This document shows positions 1 through 12,637 of a DNA stretch of 64,000 nt, piece by piece (position 1 is the first letter of the stretch; each line of letters begins with the position of its first letter). The notes below the pieces were generated by a model that did no database searches, was not told the origin of the DNA, and worked only from the letters and a program-made list of their open reading frames with translations. The DNA is taken from NCBI GenBank assembly GCA_016748015.1, contig JAAOMT010000741.1, positions 434,001-498,000 on the forward strand, given 5' to 3'. The DNA comes from Geosiphon pyriformis uo1 (lineage: Eukaryota; Fungi; Glomeromycota). The position numbers and the translations under genes were made by a program.

Positions 1-1429
1 TAATCAACAAACCATTTAATATCAAGACACTAGAAAGACATTACCATATAGAACACAGAAGAAAACAGAAAATACCATTGACAAAATTATTGCGAAAGTA
101 AAATTAGCAATAAAAGAGTTGACAAAAGAGTCACTATACCAAGAGTTGACTAAAGAAACTTGGAATTGGTGGATACAACAATTTCCAAGAAACTATTGTT
201 ATTTTTACTTGGGACAATATGTGAATATCTAGAATCTATATACAGATAAAACAAAGTGATTATTTGACACAAAAATACTACAACAATTAGAACATTTTTT
301 GGGAAAGAACAACTTATCCACACAGGCCCGAGCCATATACCAAATATACACAGCATTTCAGGATCAACCAGAAATCTTACTTAACAAAGCAATGGATATG
401 GTTATCAGTAATTAATTAAGAAAGATCACCAACACTCAATTTAAAGAATTACAGACTCAAATAACACAAGTAATTCTCAAAAATGAAATTCAGAAAATAC
501 TTTAAGAAGGGGAATTAACAGAGTTAGATTTCGATAGAGCTCAATATTAAAAGGAGGGAATAATGTTACTCATAGAAATATAGGAAATATATATTAGCAT
601 AGTTATTAACCAATCAGAAGTAGACATAGTAAAATGTGGAATTCCAGAATTCCTCTCAGGAATTGCAGGATTTCAGGAATTACAGGATTCTTACAAGAAA
701 TTGCAGGATTCCAGAATTCCAGAATTCCTCTTAAAAGAATTGCAAGATTCCAGGAATTCCAGGATTCCTGTTGTGAAGAATTGAGGAATTGAGGAATCTC
801 AATTATGTATATATAGTAGTAGGATTAGAAGCTAAAAAAACAGATCTTTCAGTTTAGATTTCATCTGGACAACTTTCCAAACCACAAATAAATAACTGTT
901 TGTTATCTCAAACTCGCTGTCACTATCAACACTTCATATTGATAGTAATTGATACTTAACCACACTAGAACAATAGCTCTTGATCATGGCTATTAATGAA
1001 ATATTAATTTGCAAATTGCCTTGGCTTATTTCTTTTCTTTCTTTATTTTCTTTTCTTTATTTCTTGTTTTGATTTTATTGTTGTTTACTAACTCTATTAA
1101 GGATTAACGCATGGGATACTGACGTTAGGATAAATGTGACTGGTAAAAGACCCAGAAATAAGAGTAGAACACTCGATTAAAGATAGCTTATCAGGAGAAA
1201 TACTGGCCATCAAGCTGAGAAAGAAATTGACAAAACTGCAGTTTCGAGAAGCTACGGATAAAACTATTACCATTGAATCTCTGTCCATTATACAAAGAAC
1301 TCAACCAAACTCTTCGGATACAAACCTTTCAGACACAAACTTTCAAATCACTATCAACTACAACTAGATTTGAGCACCAAGTTATGAGTTTGTTATTTAA
1401 TCTAACACCAGAAATAGTCACCTGTAACA
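1..1429 (+). mobile_element. 3' end of a family-A Ty3/gypsy element: accessory ORF remnant (1-550), PPT (549-563), 3' LTR (564-1429)
   Basis: LTR runs TGTTACTCATA...CACCTGTAACA and matches the LTRs of 15357-25451. PPT AAAAGGAGGGAATAA lies just before it. 1-550 translates to the same protein as 16221-16850. Confidence 0.9.
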
Positions 1430-3288
1430 CCATAAAATAAGAGTAAAAAAATTTAAGAATAGTTTACCAGAAAAACATAACTATTAAAATAAACTGGCCA
1501 CTATGTTGAAAACAGAAATTGAAAAAAAACTATTAATTAAATCTCTGTTTATTATATAAAAAACTTAACCAAAATCTTTAAACTTCAAACCCTTTAGAAA
1601 TTACTATTATTAACAGCTATTAAACATCAAGTTATAGATTTGTTATTTGTTCTAATACCCAAATAATTATTTGTAATATTTTGATGCTTTTTATGAAGTA
1701 TAATCTAACAAAAAACCAACATTAACATCTATTATCTAAAACAGTGGCAAAATCAAAAGTAATAAAAACAAACCACTTAGAATTTACAAAAGCTTTATTT
1801 TAATATTATCAAACTTATTTTAGATTAACAAGTAATAATTAATTAGCAGAATCAGCTTTTAATTTTTATGTCAATAAAAAAATTATATTCTACTTGGGAG
1901 ACTAAAAAAATCCAGAAGCTGTTCTTAAAAATTTTTATAGTAAATTACTTCAAAACACTACACTTTTACAAAATTATTTGTTTGTTTTATTAATTACAGA
2001 GATAAATTAAGAAATTAAAAATTACACTCAACAGAAATTTTTTATCATTTTTATAGAAAATAATAAAAAAAAGTTACAAACTCTAGCAAAAACACTAAGA
2101 AAAATACAACTACTTACTTAAAAGAAACCAAAAATTGTTTTACCTATTCACCCATTATACTATTATATGTCCAAAAACACCATTCAAATAATATTAACAG
2201 TTGTGTCTATGATAAAAACACTATTAGCATAAGTACTATTTTAAAACAATTAGAAAAAAACTAAACTATTAGGAATCTATAGCAATTTTTTTGAAAGATT
2301 TAAATTGTAATTAACAATATCATCAAGACTTTAATTACTACCACCTTAACCAAATTTCGAATCTACTAGTAATTGGACAAATACTAATTCAGAAGAAAAA
2401 AAAATAGTAAACAGAAAAATATTATTCAAAACCCAATTCTATATAATTCAAAAATCAAACTCTAATTGTTCAAATTCAACAAAATTTGAACAATTCAAAT
2501 CTCACTTAACAAAACTTATCTTTAGTTTTTTGATTAATCAACTATTAGTAATACCAATTGCTTCTTTTTAATAATCATAACAATAACAACTTGTATTAAT
2601 AATCTATATACCAATTATAAAACTTAAGAAATTTACTAGCAAAAAGGATAATATCTAAGCATAGCTAAATAATATGGCAAAAACCATTACAGTTAATAAA
2701 TAAAACAATGTTAGAGCACTTTAAGCTATCTTATACTTTCTTTAAAATACTGTTAACTTATAATATCAAAACTTGATCAACAAATCACAAACTTTTAATG
2801 AATTTAAAACTGGATTTTTGTAATATTTTAATAATAATAATAAAATTAATTATTTATTAACTAGTTTTACCACAATCAAACAAGATAATAAAAAAGCAGT
2901 CACCACTTATTTAGAATGCTTTTACAGAAATCTGTGTTAAATCTAAGCAGTTAATATTAATTATTTTATAATACTACAGATTTTAAACCAATTCATTTAT
3001 AATTTATATAACAATTTACTATAACAAGTACATCTATTACACCTAAATACTTTCCAAGATGCAGTTACATATGTTCAAGATTTTAAATTGGCTAAACTTG
3101 AAGCCAACCATATCCAAGTTATAAATTTAATAATGAATAAATTATCTAAATTAGATACCAAATTGAAACAATTTGGCAAAACTATTAATCAAAAAATTGA
3201 GAAATGTTTAGCTAACAATTAAGTTATTTATTAGTCTCTACAACATTGTAACAATTAAAAAAACTTCAATTGGTTTCAAAATCAGTTA

Positions 3289-3328
<40 letters not shown>

Positions 3329-6300
3329 CAAATTAATTATAATAACAAAAAACATATATTTGTTACTACTGTAATAAACAAGTATACTTAAAAATAGATT
3401 GTAGAGCAAGATTAAATAACCAATAATTGGGAAATCAATATTGAAACTCTGATTATAGATTTTAAACTCTTAACTATACCAATAATTTGTCATTAAGACA
3501 ATATTAGTATTAGCTATATTACTTCTAAATAATGCAACTACTAATATATATATCTCCTATTTATTAAGTTTCAATATCTGTAATTTATTAATTACTACAG
3601 CCACAAATAATTTATAAATTCCAACCAATTTAAACATTATCACAAAGTTTAGTTCAAATATCAACCAAAAATTAATAGTCAAGAATTACTTATATCTAAC
3701 AGAATTGGAGATTGGCAATAATAATACATTAACCAATTTCCAGTTTATTGAACCAGCCATTAAAATCATGCCAATAGAGTTTGGAAAATAGATACATCCA
3801 AAACCCAAATTCTTAGAGCTATTTAAGTCTTTTGGTTATTCCAAAAAATACTTAATCTAATAATTTAGAATTACTAATACAACCACTTACCAACAATATT
3901 TTACTAGTAACTATTACTGAAAATAAGTTATTTGCCATTATTTTTTCTTTTAAATTAGAAGAATTAACAACAAAATTTTTATTTAGTAGAGCCATTTTTA
4001 CTACTAAACCGATTATTACCATGTATATTAATGCCAAAATTAATAATTAATCTATTAAGTTTATCTTTAATAACAGATTAGCAAACAGTATTATTATATA
4101 ACAACTTATAAACCAATTAGGTTAATAAGTTAATTAAGCTACCAGTACCAGAATTATTGCTAATAGAATAACAAAAACTTCAATTAGTAAAATTGTTAAC
4201 TTCTTCTTTAAAATCAATAATATTATTATGCTAATTAAAGTCCTTGTTATAAAAGTCATATAGTATTAAGCTCTTATTAATAATAATTAACTATTCAAAA
4301 CTAATATTATACTTGACTAAAATACCCAAAAACTTCAATTAATATATGCAGAACAGTATATTCAAGTTCTAGCTACTTGTAGCCATTTTAAAACAACCAC
4401 TACTACTTAACAATCACTATTAATTGAGCTAAAAGAAAAAAAAACCTACCTAAAAAGCTTATCAAGTCTCATAAGCAGAAAACAAGCACAATAAACTGCC
4501 ACTAATACTTTTTTAAGACAACAACAAAAAAAAAAAAAAAAAAATCTCAAAATACTATTATTATTAAAAAAAACAGTTAGTAATAAGCATAAACCATATT
4601 TAATCTCTGAATCAAAAAAACAACCACTCTATATCTTACTTAAATATAAAGACTGCAAAAAAAAACTTTTATTCATAAGAGCTTAAATTTTATTTGAAGA
4701 AAACTATAAAACATATATCTGTTATTATTGTAAAACATGCTACTGAAAATGCTTTGATTATTCAAAATAACAGAAAAAATAAGACAATGAACTATGTTTT
4801 ACTTGTAGAGAAACATTACTTAACAAAAAAATATAAAACAATATTTTTAGTTGAAAAAAAATATGTAATATATTATACTAATACATGATTTTTATCAATA
4901 ACTGAATAAGCAGAAAAACATTATTTAATGCTATATAGAACAAAATTCTGTTATATTTAGACAATTATCTACACAATATTACAGATGATTATTTCGAGTG
5001 TTAAAACAAATAACAAACTCATAACTTTGTATTTAATAGCTAGAAATTTTGGTAATTTCTAAAGATTTTAAAATCTAAAAGTTTTTGTTGAGTTCTTTGT
5101 ATAATAGACAAAGATTTAATTGATGGTTTTTTTTGTGAATTTTTTTTTTCAGTGTAGTAACCAGTTTATTCTAACAGTTATGCTCTTTTGATAAATTTTT
5201 ACTCTTGTTTTCAGCTTTTTTATTAGACTATCCTTAATGTTAAATACTTAAAACTTAATTTTTTTAATTAATTAGTAAATAACAAAGAAAACAGAATAAA
5301 ATAAAAATAAAAATAAAATAAAAATAAGAAATTAATATTCCATTAATAACTATGATCAAAAACTATTGGTCCAATATAATTAAATATTGAATTCTATTAA
5401 CATAAAGTATTGATAATGTAAAATAGATTAATATTTTTTTAATCAAGTAATAATAATATGGATTCAGATAATAATAGATGTTTTATTAATATAAGTATAA
5501 TTTTATTTTAAGTTATAAAAAACTATTTTTTGAAAAAAGAAATATTGTTGTTTTGAACTTATCTGAACTTTATTAAATGATTTTTCTGCTTTTAATACTC
5601 TTACTATATATACATAATTTGTGTTATATAAGATTCTTTAAAATCTTTTAATTTTTTTGAAAAAAATTCTGAAATTCTAGAATTTTAGAATTCTGGAATT
5701 TTGAAATTCTGGAATTCTTTTTTTTATTATTTTTGATTAGTTATTTTGTTTACTTATTATAATTTCTAATTTCTATAAATAACAATAATGAAAACAAAAT
5801 CTGATAAATAATAAGTGCTAAAGTTGAAAACATTTTATTTAATAAAATACTTACCATTAAAACCAATCCACCAGAACTCATTAAAACCATTTTTATTTCA
5901 AACTTAAACATTTTTGTTGACATTTTGAATAATTCAGAACAATTTTATAAATACTATCAAGATCTAATACTTATTTAAAAAGAGCAAAAGCAGTATTTAG
6001 AACAATTAAATATTAAACTCTGTAAACATTGTCTAATTTTCAGTAATTTTGAATATTTTAACAATTGTGATCTTATTTACAATCCACTATTGTGTATAAT
6101 CTATTTAATTCCTGAAAGAAAGAACTAATTAGCAATTGCATTTTAAAATTAAAATTTAATTCTGATTTAATTAAAAAAAATCTGCAATAAGTAATTACAA
6201 TATAATATTAACTTAAAATAACATAAATAATTTAAAATAATGGAAATATCTCAGAATAATTTTGTTATAACTCTAGAAAAACAATTTAGAATTAAGAATT

Positions 6301-6350
6301 ATAAAATTATTTCTTATTTCTTTTATTTTTTTGAGCTATTTTTGGTGTCT
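1430..6350 (+). mobile_element. Older, heavily mutated family-A gypsy copy: partial 5' LTR (to ~1678), degenerate PBS, gag, protease, Cys-rich region; truncated before RT
   Basis: Colinear with the reverse complement of 24900-20600 (e.g. KLKKFTSKK, CYYCNKQVYLKIDC knuckle, ALINNNxLF). Many C>T/G>A stops. Confidence 0.85.
4977..5784 (-). repeat. Family-A solo LTR inserted in the older element
   Basis: Degenerate TGTTACAG...TAACA ends, TSD ACAA/ATAA. The host frame (NYLH|NENKI) resumes after it. Confidence 0.8.
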
Positions 6351-6558
6351 AATCTAGCCTAATGTAATACTGACATGTAGAAAACACATGATTCATCCTT
6401 AATGTAAACATGTATATGTATTAAAAAAATTTGATTGATCAAAAAACCCTTTAGTAAAATTCTCTTGTGGGGTCCATAAAGGTTCGGGCTTTAGAGTTCC
6501 CTTTCGCCCGATACCTTTTATCATCAATTATTTGGCCCATGAGATTTGAATTAGCACT

Positions 6559-9500
6559 ATGTTTTCACGTGTAGCAACAAGAGATTCCAAAAGTTTTTTT
6601 AATCGGTCCTCAGGTCGTGGGATTGGTTATATTCAAGAAGTTCCTAGACCTTGTACATCCCAATCGTTAAAAAGATTCTTTCTAAAACAAAGGTTTACAG
6701 CTTTTCAAAATTCCAAATGCTTCTCTTCACAAAAAATAGACCCCTTTGTGCTGTTGGACAGTTTTCCTCGTAGACATGTTGGCCCTTCAGAAGGTGAAGT
6801 TAAAAGTATGCTTGAGGTTATTGGAGTAAAAGACATTGATGAGCTCGTCTCGCAAACTATTCCCAACAAAATTCGTTCTACCCGTCCATTATCGCTTCAA
6901 AGTGGCTTGTCTGAAAGTGAAGTCTTAAAACAGTTGGAAACCATCGCTTCTCAAAATAAAGTATACAAGTCATACATAGGAATGGGATATGCAAATACAA
7001 TTGTCCCTCCAGTTATTTTGAGAAATATATTGGAATCTCCTGGCTGGTACACTCAAGTAAGTAAAAATTTCATCTTTCCAACTCTACAACCCAGTCTCTA
7101 TAAACCTACACCCTGATCAAGAAAAGGTAGTATTAAAACTTTGCATTACAAAGACGGCGTAGCAATATCCGCGCATCCCACTTCACCCTTTATTAGAAAC
7201 CAATCAGAAATACGACTCACACACTTGCACGATTTACGCTAAATTTTTATATGTATAGTATACACCATATCAACCAGAAATCGCACAAGGTTGGTGACAA
7301 TATCTCCCGAAAAATTAGATTCTTTAAAGCAAAAGCTCTAACTGCCTTATGAATTTATTTCAGGTCGTCTCGAATCTTTATTGAATTTTCAGACTATGGT
7401 CACTGATCTGACCGGTATGGCCATTGCGAATGCCTCCTTATTGGATGAAGGTACCGCTGCTGCAGAAGCAATGCTCATGTGTTTTTCCCATTGCAACCGC
7501 AAAAGGCATACATTTTTTGTTGATCAAAAATGTCACCCTCAAACCATCGAGTGTTTGAAAACTCGCGCTGAGGCCTCTAATATTAATATCCTTGTCGGAG
7601 ATGTATTGCAATTTGATTTTGATAACAATCACAAAGATTTATCTGGAATTTTAGTTCAAGTAAATTCACATATATTTCTTTGATTCGTATTTCTCTATTT
7701 ATTATTTAATCTCATGGTTCAATTCTAAATGAATATCTTTTTGGTCAAAGTACCCTGCAACAGATGGGTCCATTAATGATTATTCATCCCTATCCGAAAA
7801 AGTTCATTCTTTTGGGGGGCAAGTTGTTTGTGCCACCGACCTTTTAGCCTTGGCTTTACTTAAACCTCCGGGTGAATGGGGTGCCGATATTGCACTTGGT
7901 AATAGTCAGCGTTTTGGAGTACCATTAGGTTATGGGGGTCCGCATGCAGCTTTTTTTGCTTGTCAAGAGCAGCATAAGCGTAGATTGCCAGGCCGCCTGG
8001 TCGGGGTTTCCAAAGATGCGTTCGGCAAAAAAGCATATAGACTGTCCCTACAAACACGGGAACAACATATCCGGAGAGAAAAGGCAACCAGTAATATATG
8101 TACTGCACAAGCTTTATTAGCAAATATGGCAGCTATGTATGGCGTTTACCATGGACCTGATGTAAGTCTAAAGAAAGTTTTAAAATTTTCGGATTTACCC
8201 ATTAACTCTAATTAAAATCATAGGGAATCAAAGCAACGGCGAAGCGTGTTCACACTCTCACAAATATACTTGCAGAAGGAATCCGCCAATTAGGATATCA
8301 GATCGAAACAAATCAATTCTTTGACACCTTCACTGTGCATGATCCCTTAGGGTCCGAAAAGCTTATAAATAAAGCTCTTGATGCTCAAATCAATATCAGA
8401 AAAGTGAACGATTCAAAGATTGGTATCACTTTAGACGAAACAGTAACTAAAGAAGATTTAGATGTTCTCATCACCAAAGTTTTTTTTAAAAATGGGTCTC
8501 ATATACCCGATTTAGCAGAAATTGCGTCTCAAGTCAACCCCCAGATTTCAGAGGAATTCATTCGTACAACCCCTTTCCTGCAACATCAAGTCTTCAACAG
8601 TTATCATTCGGAAACTGAGATGTTAAGATACATTTATCATCTCCAATCCAAAGACCTTTCACTTGTTCATTCAATGATACCTTTAGGTAGTTGTACAATG
8701 AAGCTCAACGCAACAACTGAGATGATACCAGTTTCTTGGCCCCAATTTGCCAATATTCATCCATTCGTCCCGCAGGATCAAGCTGAAGGATACCGGATTT
8801 TAATTAAGGTATCAATTCGACTATATACATACAGATATATATATATATATAAGAAAATTTTGGTAAATTAACATTAATTATTATCATCTAGGAATTGGAA
8901 AATGATCTCGCTATATTGACTGGTTTTGACGGAGTCTCATTACAGCCCAATTCTGGTGCTCAGGGTGAATTTACCGGTCTACGTGTTATTCGTGCTTATC
9001 ATAAGTCCCGAGGCGATTACAAGCGTGATGTTTGTCTCATTCCTGTGTCCGCGCATGGTACGAATCCAGCATCGGCTGCAATGGCCGGAATGGAAGTAGT
9101 ACCAATTAAATGTCAAGTTAATGGTGATTTAGACGCAAAAGATTTGGAAGAAAAGGCGGCTAAATATAAAGATCGTTTATCAGCATTTATGGTTACGTAT
9201 CCCTCTACTTTTGGAGTATTTGAAGAAGGCGTCTCTGATGTTTGTGATATAATCCATCATCATGGTGGGCAAGTATACATGGATGGTGCTAATTTAAATG
9301 CACAAATTGGGTTGTGCAACCCAGCTGAGATTGGAGCTGATGTTTGTCACCTTAATCTGCACAAGACATGTAAAATCTTTTGATATTAAATTTTCTGAAC
9401 TACTCGTCAAGACTTAACTTCACAATATTTATTTAGTTTGTATACCTCATGGCGGTGGAGGCCCTGGAATGGGTCCAATTGGAGTGTAAGTTAAAGCTTC

Positions 9501-10481
9501 TCAGATCAATTGTTATTTATTGATAAAATCTACATAAAAGTATTCCATCTCAGGAAATCCCATCTCATCCCTTTTTTGCCCGGTCATCCTATTATTCCTA
9601 CGGGTGGTGATCAAGCTATTGGTCCAGTCGCAGCTGCACCATTTGGTTCAGCTGCGATTTTGCCTATTTCATGGGCGTACATAAAGCTAATGGGTAAGCA
9701 ATTTTAGATTTCATTAAAAGCATGAACGAATCTGCTCAATAAATCTTCGGGATTTCAATTTCAGGCTCCAAAGGAATTACCAAGGCAACCCAAATAGCTC
9801 TGTTGAATGCCAACTACATGGCACGTCGTTTGTCTCCATATTATAATATTTGCTATACAAATAAGAATGGAATGTGCGCTCATGAATTTATTCTTGATAT
9901 GCGACCATTTGGGAAAACCGTCGGAATCGAGGCAATTGACGTTGCGAAACGTTTACAGGTATCAAGTATTAGCCTCAATACACCTTCAAGACTGATCATC
10001 TTCAGATGCTGAATTTCTAATTAATTCCCTATAAAATTCAGGATTATGGTTTTCATTCTCCTACAATGTCTTGGCCTGTCTCCAACACTTTAATGATCGA
10101 GCCTACCGAATCGGAATCAAAGGTTGAACTGGATAGATTTTGTGACGCTATGATTTCCATTCGGAAAGAAATAGAAGCGATAGAGGAGGGAACACAACCA
10201 AAAGATGACAATTTGCTAAAGAATTCTCCACATACTATTGAAACTTTGGTAAAAGTAAGCTGGGAGAAGCCATACTCCAGGGAACAGGCCGCATATCCTA
10301 TGAAATATTTGAGGGAACGAAAGTTCTGGCCTAGCGTTGGACGATTAGGTAATTTTAGAATGATTATTTGTTGAAATAGTTTTCTCTTATCAACTAAAAT
10401 AATTTTTGTCCAATTTTCATAGACGATGCGTATGGGGATAGAAATCTAATGTGTTCATGTCCTCCTATTGAAGATTACTGA
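6559..10481 (+). CDS. GCV2: Mitochondrial glycine decarboxylase (glycine cleavage P-protein), 12 exons: ~6559-7056, 7259-7289, 7364-7659, 7752-8161, 8224-8808, 8892-9369, 9437-9485, 9554-9693, 9765-9958, 10042-10348, 10423-10481 (boundaries approximate; count may be 11-12)
   Basis: Motifs [66 protein letters not shown] motif [34 protein letters not shown] introns. Arg/Ser-rich presequence. Confidence 0.97.
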
Positions 10482-10599
10482 ACTAGGAAGTAAAAAATAG
10501 AGATATACAACTATTGCCGTACTTTATAGATATAATAATATATATTGTTTTATTTTATCGATGAATAAAAAAGTTTCAGTTTATAACTTTTTATTGCTT

Positions 10600-11017
10600 A
10601 CAAATTTTCACAAATGATAAAAAAATTGGAAACTGGCTATATAATATTTATTTAAAACCATTTATTATTGGTTAAAATCCAAGATCATATTGCTTTAAAT
10701 ATATTAATTTCATAAATTTAAAAAAACAATTGCTATTTTTGTTATATTAATTAAAACATAAATCTAAATTTAAACAACTTTTAAACTCATTATTTTTTTG
10801 GCTAAAAGTTTTTTTTAAATAACACAGAAACAGTTTTACAATTATTTAATATTTTTATAATTAAAAATCATAGTTTTTATTAATTATTACATGTATTAAT
10901 TATTGTTATTTGAATTAAAAAACCAACAAAAATAATTAAAATTTTTTAAAATTGCAAAATATTACAAAATACTTTGAAATTACAGATAATAATTTAAAAT
11001 ACCCAACTATATTAAAC

Positions 11018-11054
<37 letters not shown>

Positions 11055-12637
11055 AATTAATAAAAAATAATTTACTTAAAAAAATTTATTTTAAATTTTA
11101 TAATTATTTTTGTTATACTTTAATAAAAAATTTATTTTTTATAAATACATAAATTGAAATTATTTGCTTTTGTTTATTATTCCAAATTTTTTTAATTAAT
11201 AAATATAATTTGTATTTATTTATTAATATTTTAAATCAATAGTTTTTAATTATAACTATTAATAAAATACTAATTTTTTTATTTTTTTTGTTAAAAATCT
11301 GTTAAACAAAAATTAATATTATAAATAACTTAAAAAAATTGTAAAATAATAAGTTTAAAAAGATTAAACTTATTATATCTTTGAATAATCTTTTAAAAAA
11401 GTTTTTTAAATAAATTTTATAAAGCAAAATTTATATTATAAATATGTAATTAGAATTTATAATTGTAAAATATATACACAAAAAATTATTATAATTAATA
11501 ACCAAATGTAATTTTAAAACTAATTATATATTTTAAATTTTTACAAATTCAATTTATTTTTTAATTAATAATTATTATTTTTTTTTTTAAAAATTATTTT
11601 TTTTGCTATTTATTAATTTTATTACTTATAATTATAATAATATATAAAAATCCAAAAATTCATTAATAATATTACAAAATTAAGAATTAATACTACAATT
11701 GTTATAAATAAGCATAATTAATTTGTTTTTTAAATTTAAAAATAATATTTATATTAAAATTTTTAAAAAATAAGTATTATAAGTTAATAAATAATAAATA
11801 TTGTTTATATTAAACAAAAAATAAAGTTATACTATAAATTTTGTTTAAAAAATAAAAATATTTAAATCTTAAAAAACTTATTTTAAATTAATTTAATTAT
11901 TTTAATATATAATTATATTAAAAACAAAATATATTTATAATTTTAAAAAATTTATTAATAAAACTGTTTTTTTATTAAATTTAATAAGTAAAATTTAATT
12001 GTTATTTAGTATAATATAACAACTAAATATTTTAAATTAAACACAAATTATGTGCTTACTATATATAAACAGCTACTTAAATTAATTAAAATAATATTAT
12101 AAGTTTATTATAACAATAACAATATTATAAATACTAAAATATAAAACTTAAGATGTATATTTATTAAAAAACACACTAAATATTTTATTAATTTTTAGTA
12201 AATAGATAATATTATTTAACAAAAAAACAAACAGATTATATTTTAATAAACCATATTTTTTTAAATTAACTTTATAATTTAATTTAATTAACCAAATATT
12301 AATTTAATAATTAATAACAATATTATAAATAAAGTTTATTAATGTTTTTATAATAATTATGCTGTTATTAAAAAATAAACAAGTCTTAAACAACTAGTTT
12401 TTAAACACAACTTTTTTATATAAAGCTGTATATAAAATATTATTATATTTACTTAATAAAAATAATTATAAATAAATAATAAAATAGCTATAACTTTTGA
12501 CAATAATATTTACAAATTAGTATTAATATCTAAAATACTTTTACAAATACTATAATTTATTTTGCATATAAATATATAATCAAAAAATTTAATTTTATTA
12601 TAATATATTTTAAAAAAGAATTAAATAAAATTAATTT
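10600..12637. other. Extremely AT-rich decayed transposon relic (continues 14920-15356 and 25456-26000)
   Basis: Almost devoid of C/G, no ORFs. It is the host sequence into which younger elements inserted. Confidence 0.5.

Noticed and set aside
638-800. CRISPR-like repeats
   Set aside because: Short contiguous repeats without unique spacers, inside LTRs.
1100-1380. Longer protein-coding frame within the LTR (LAIKLRKKLTKL...)
   Set aside because: Frame is not maintained among LTR copies.
7057-7258. Longer GC-richer GCV2 intron 1 as a snoRNA host
   Set aside because: No convincing C/D or H/ACA box arrangement.
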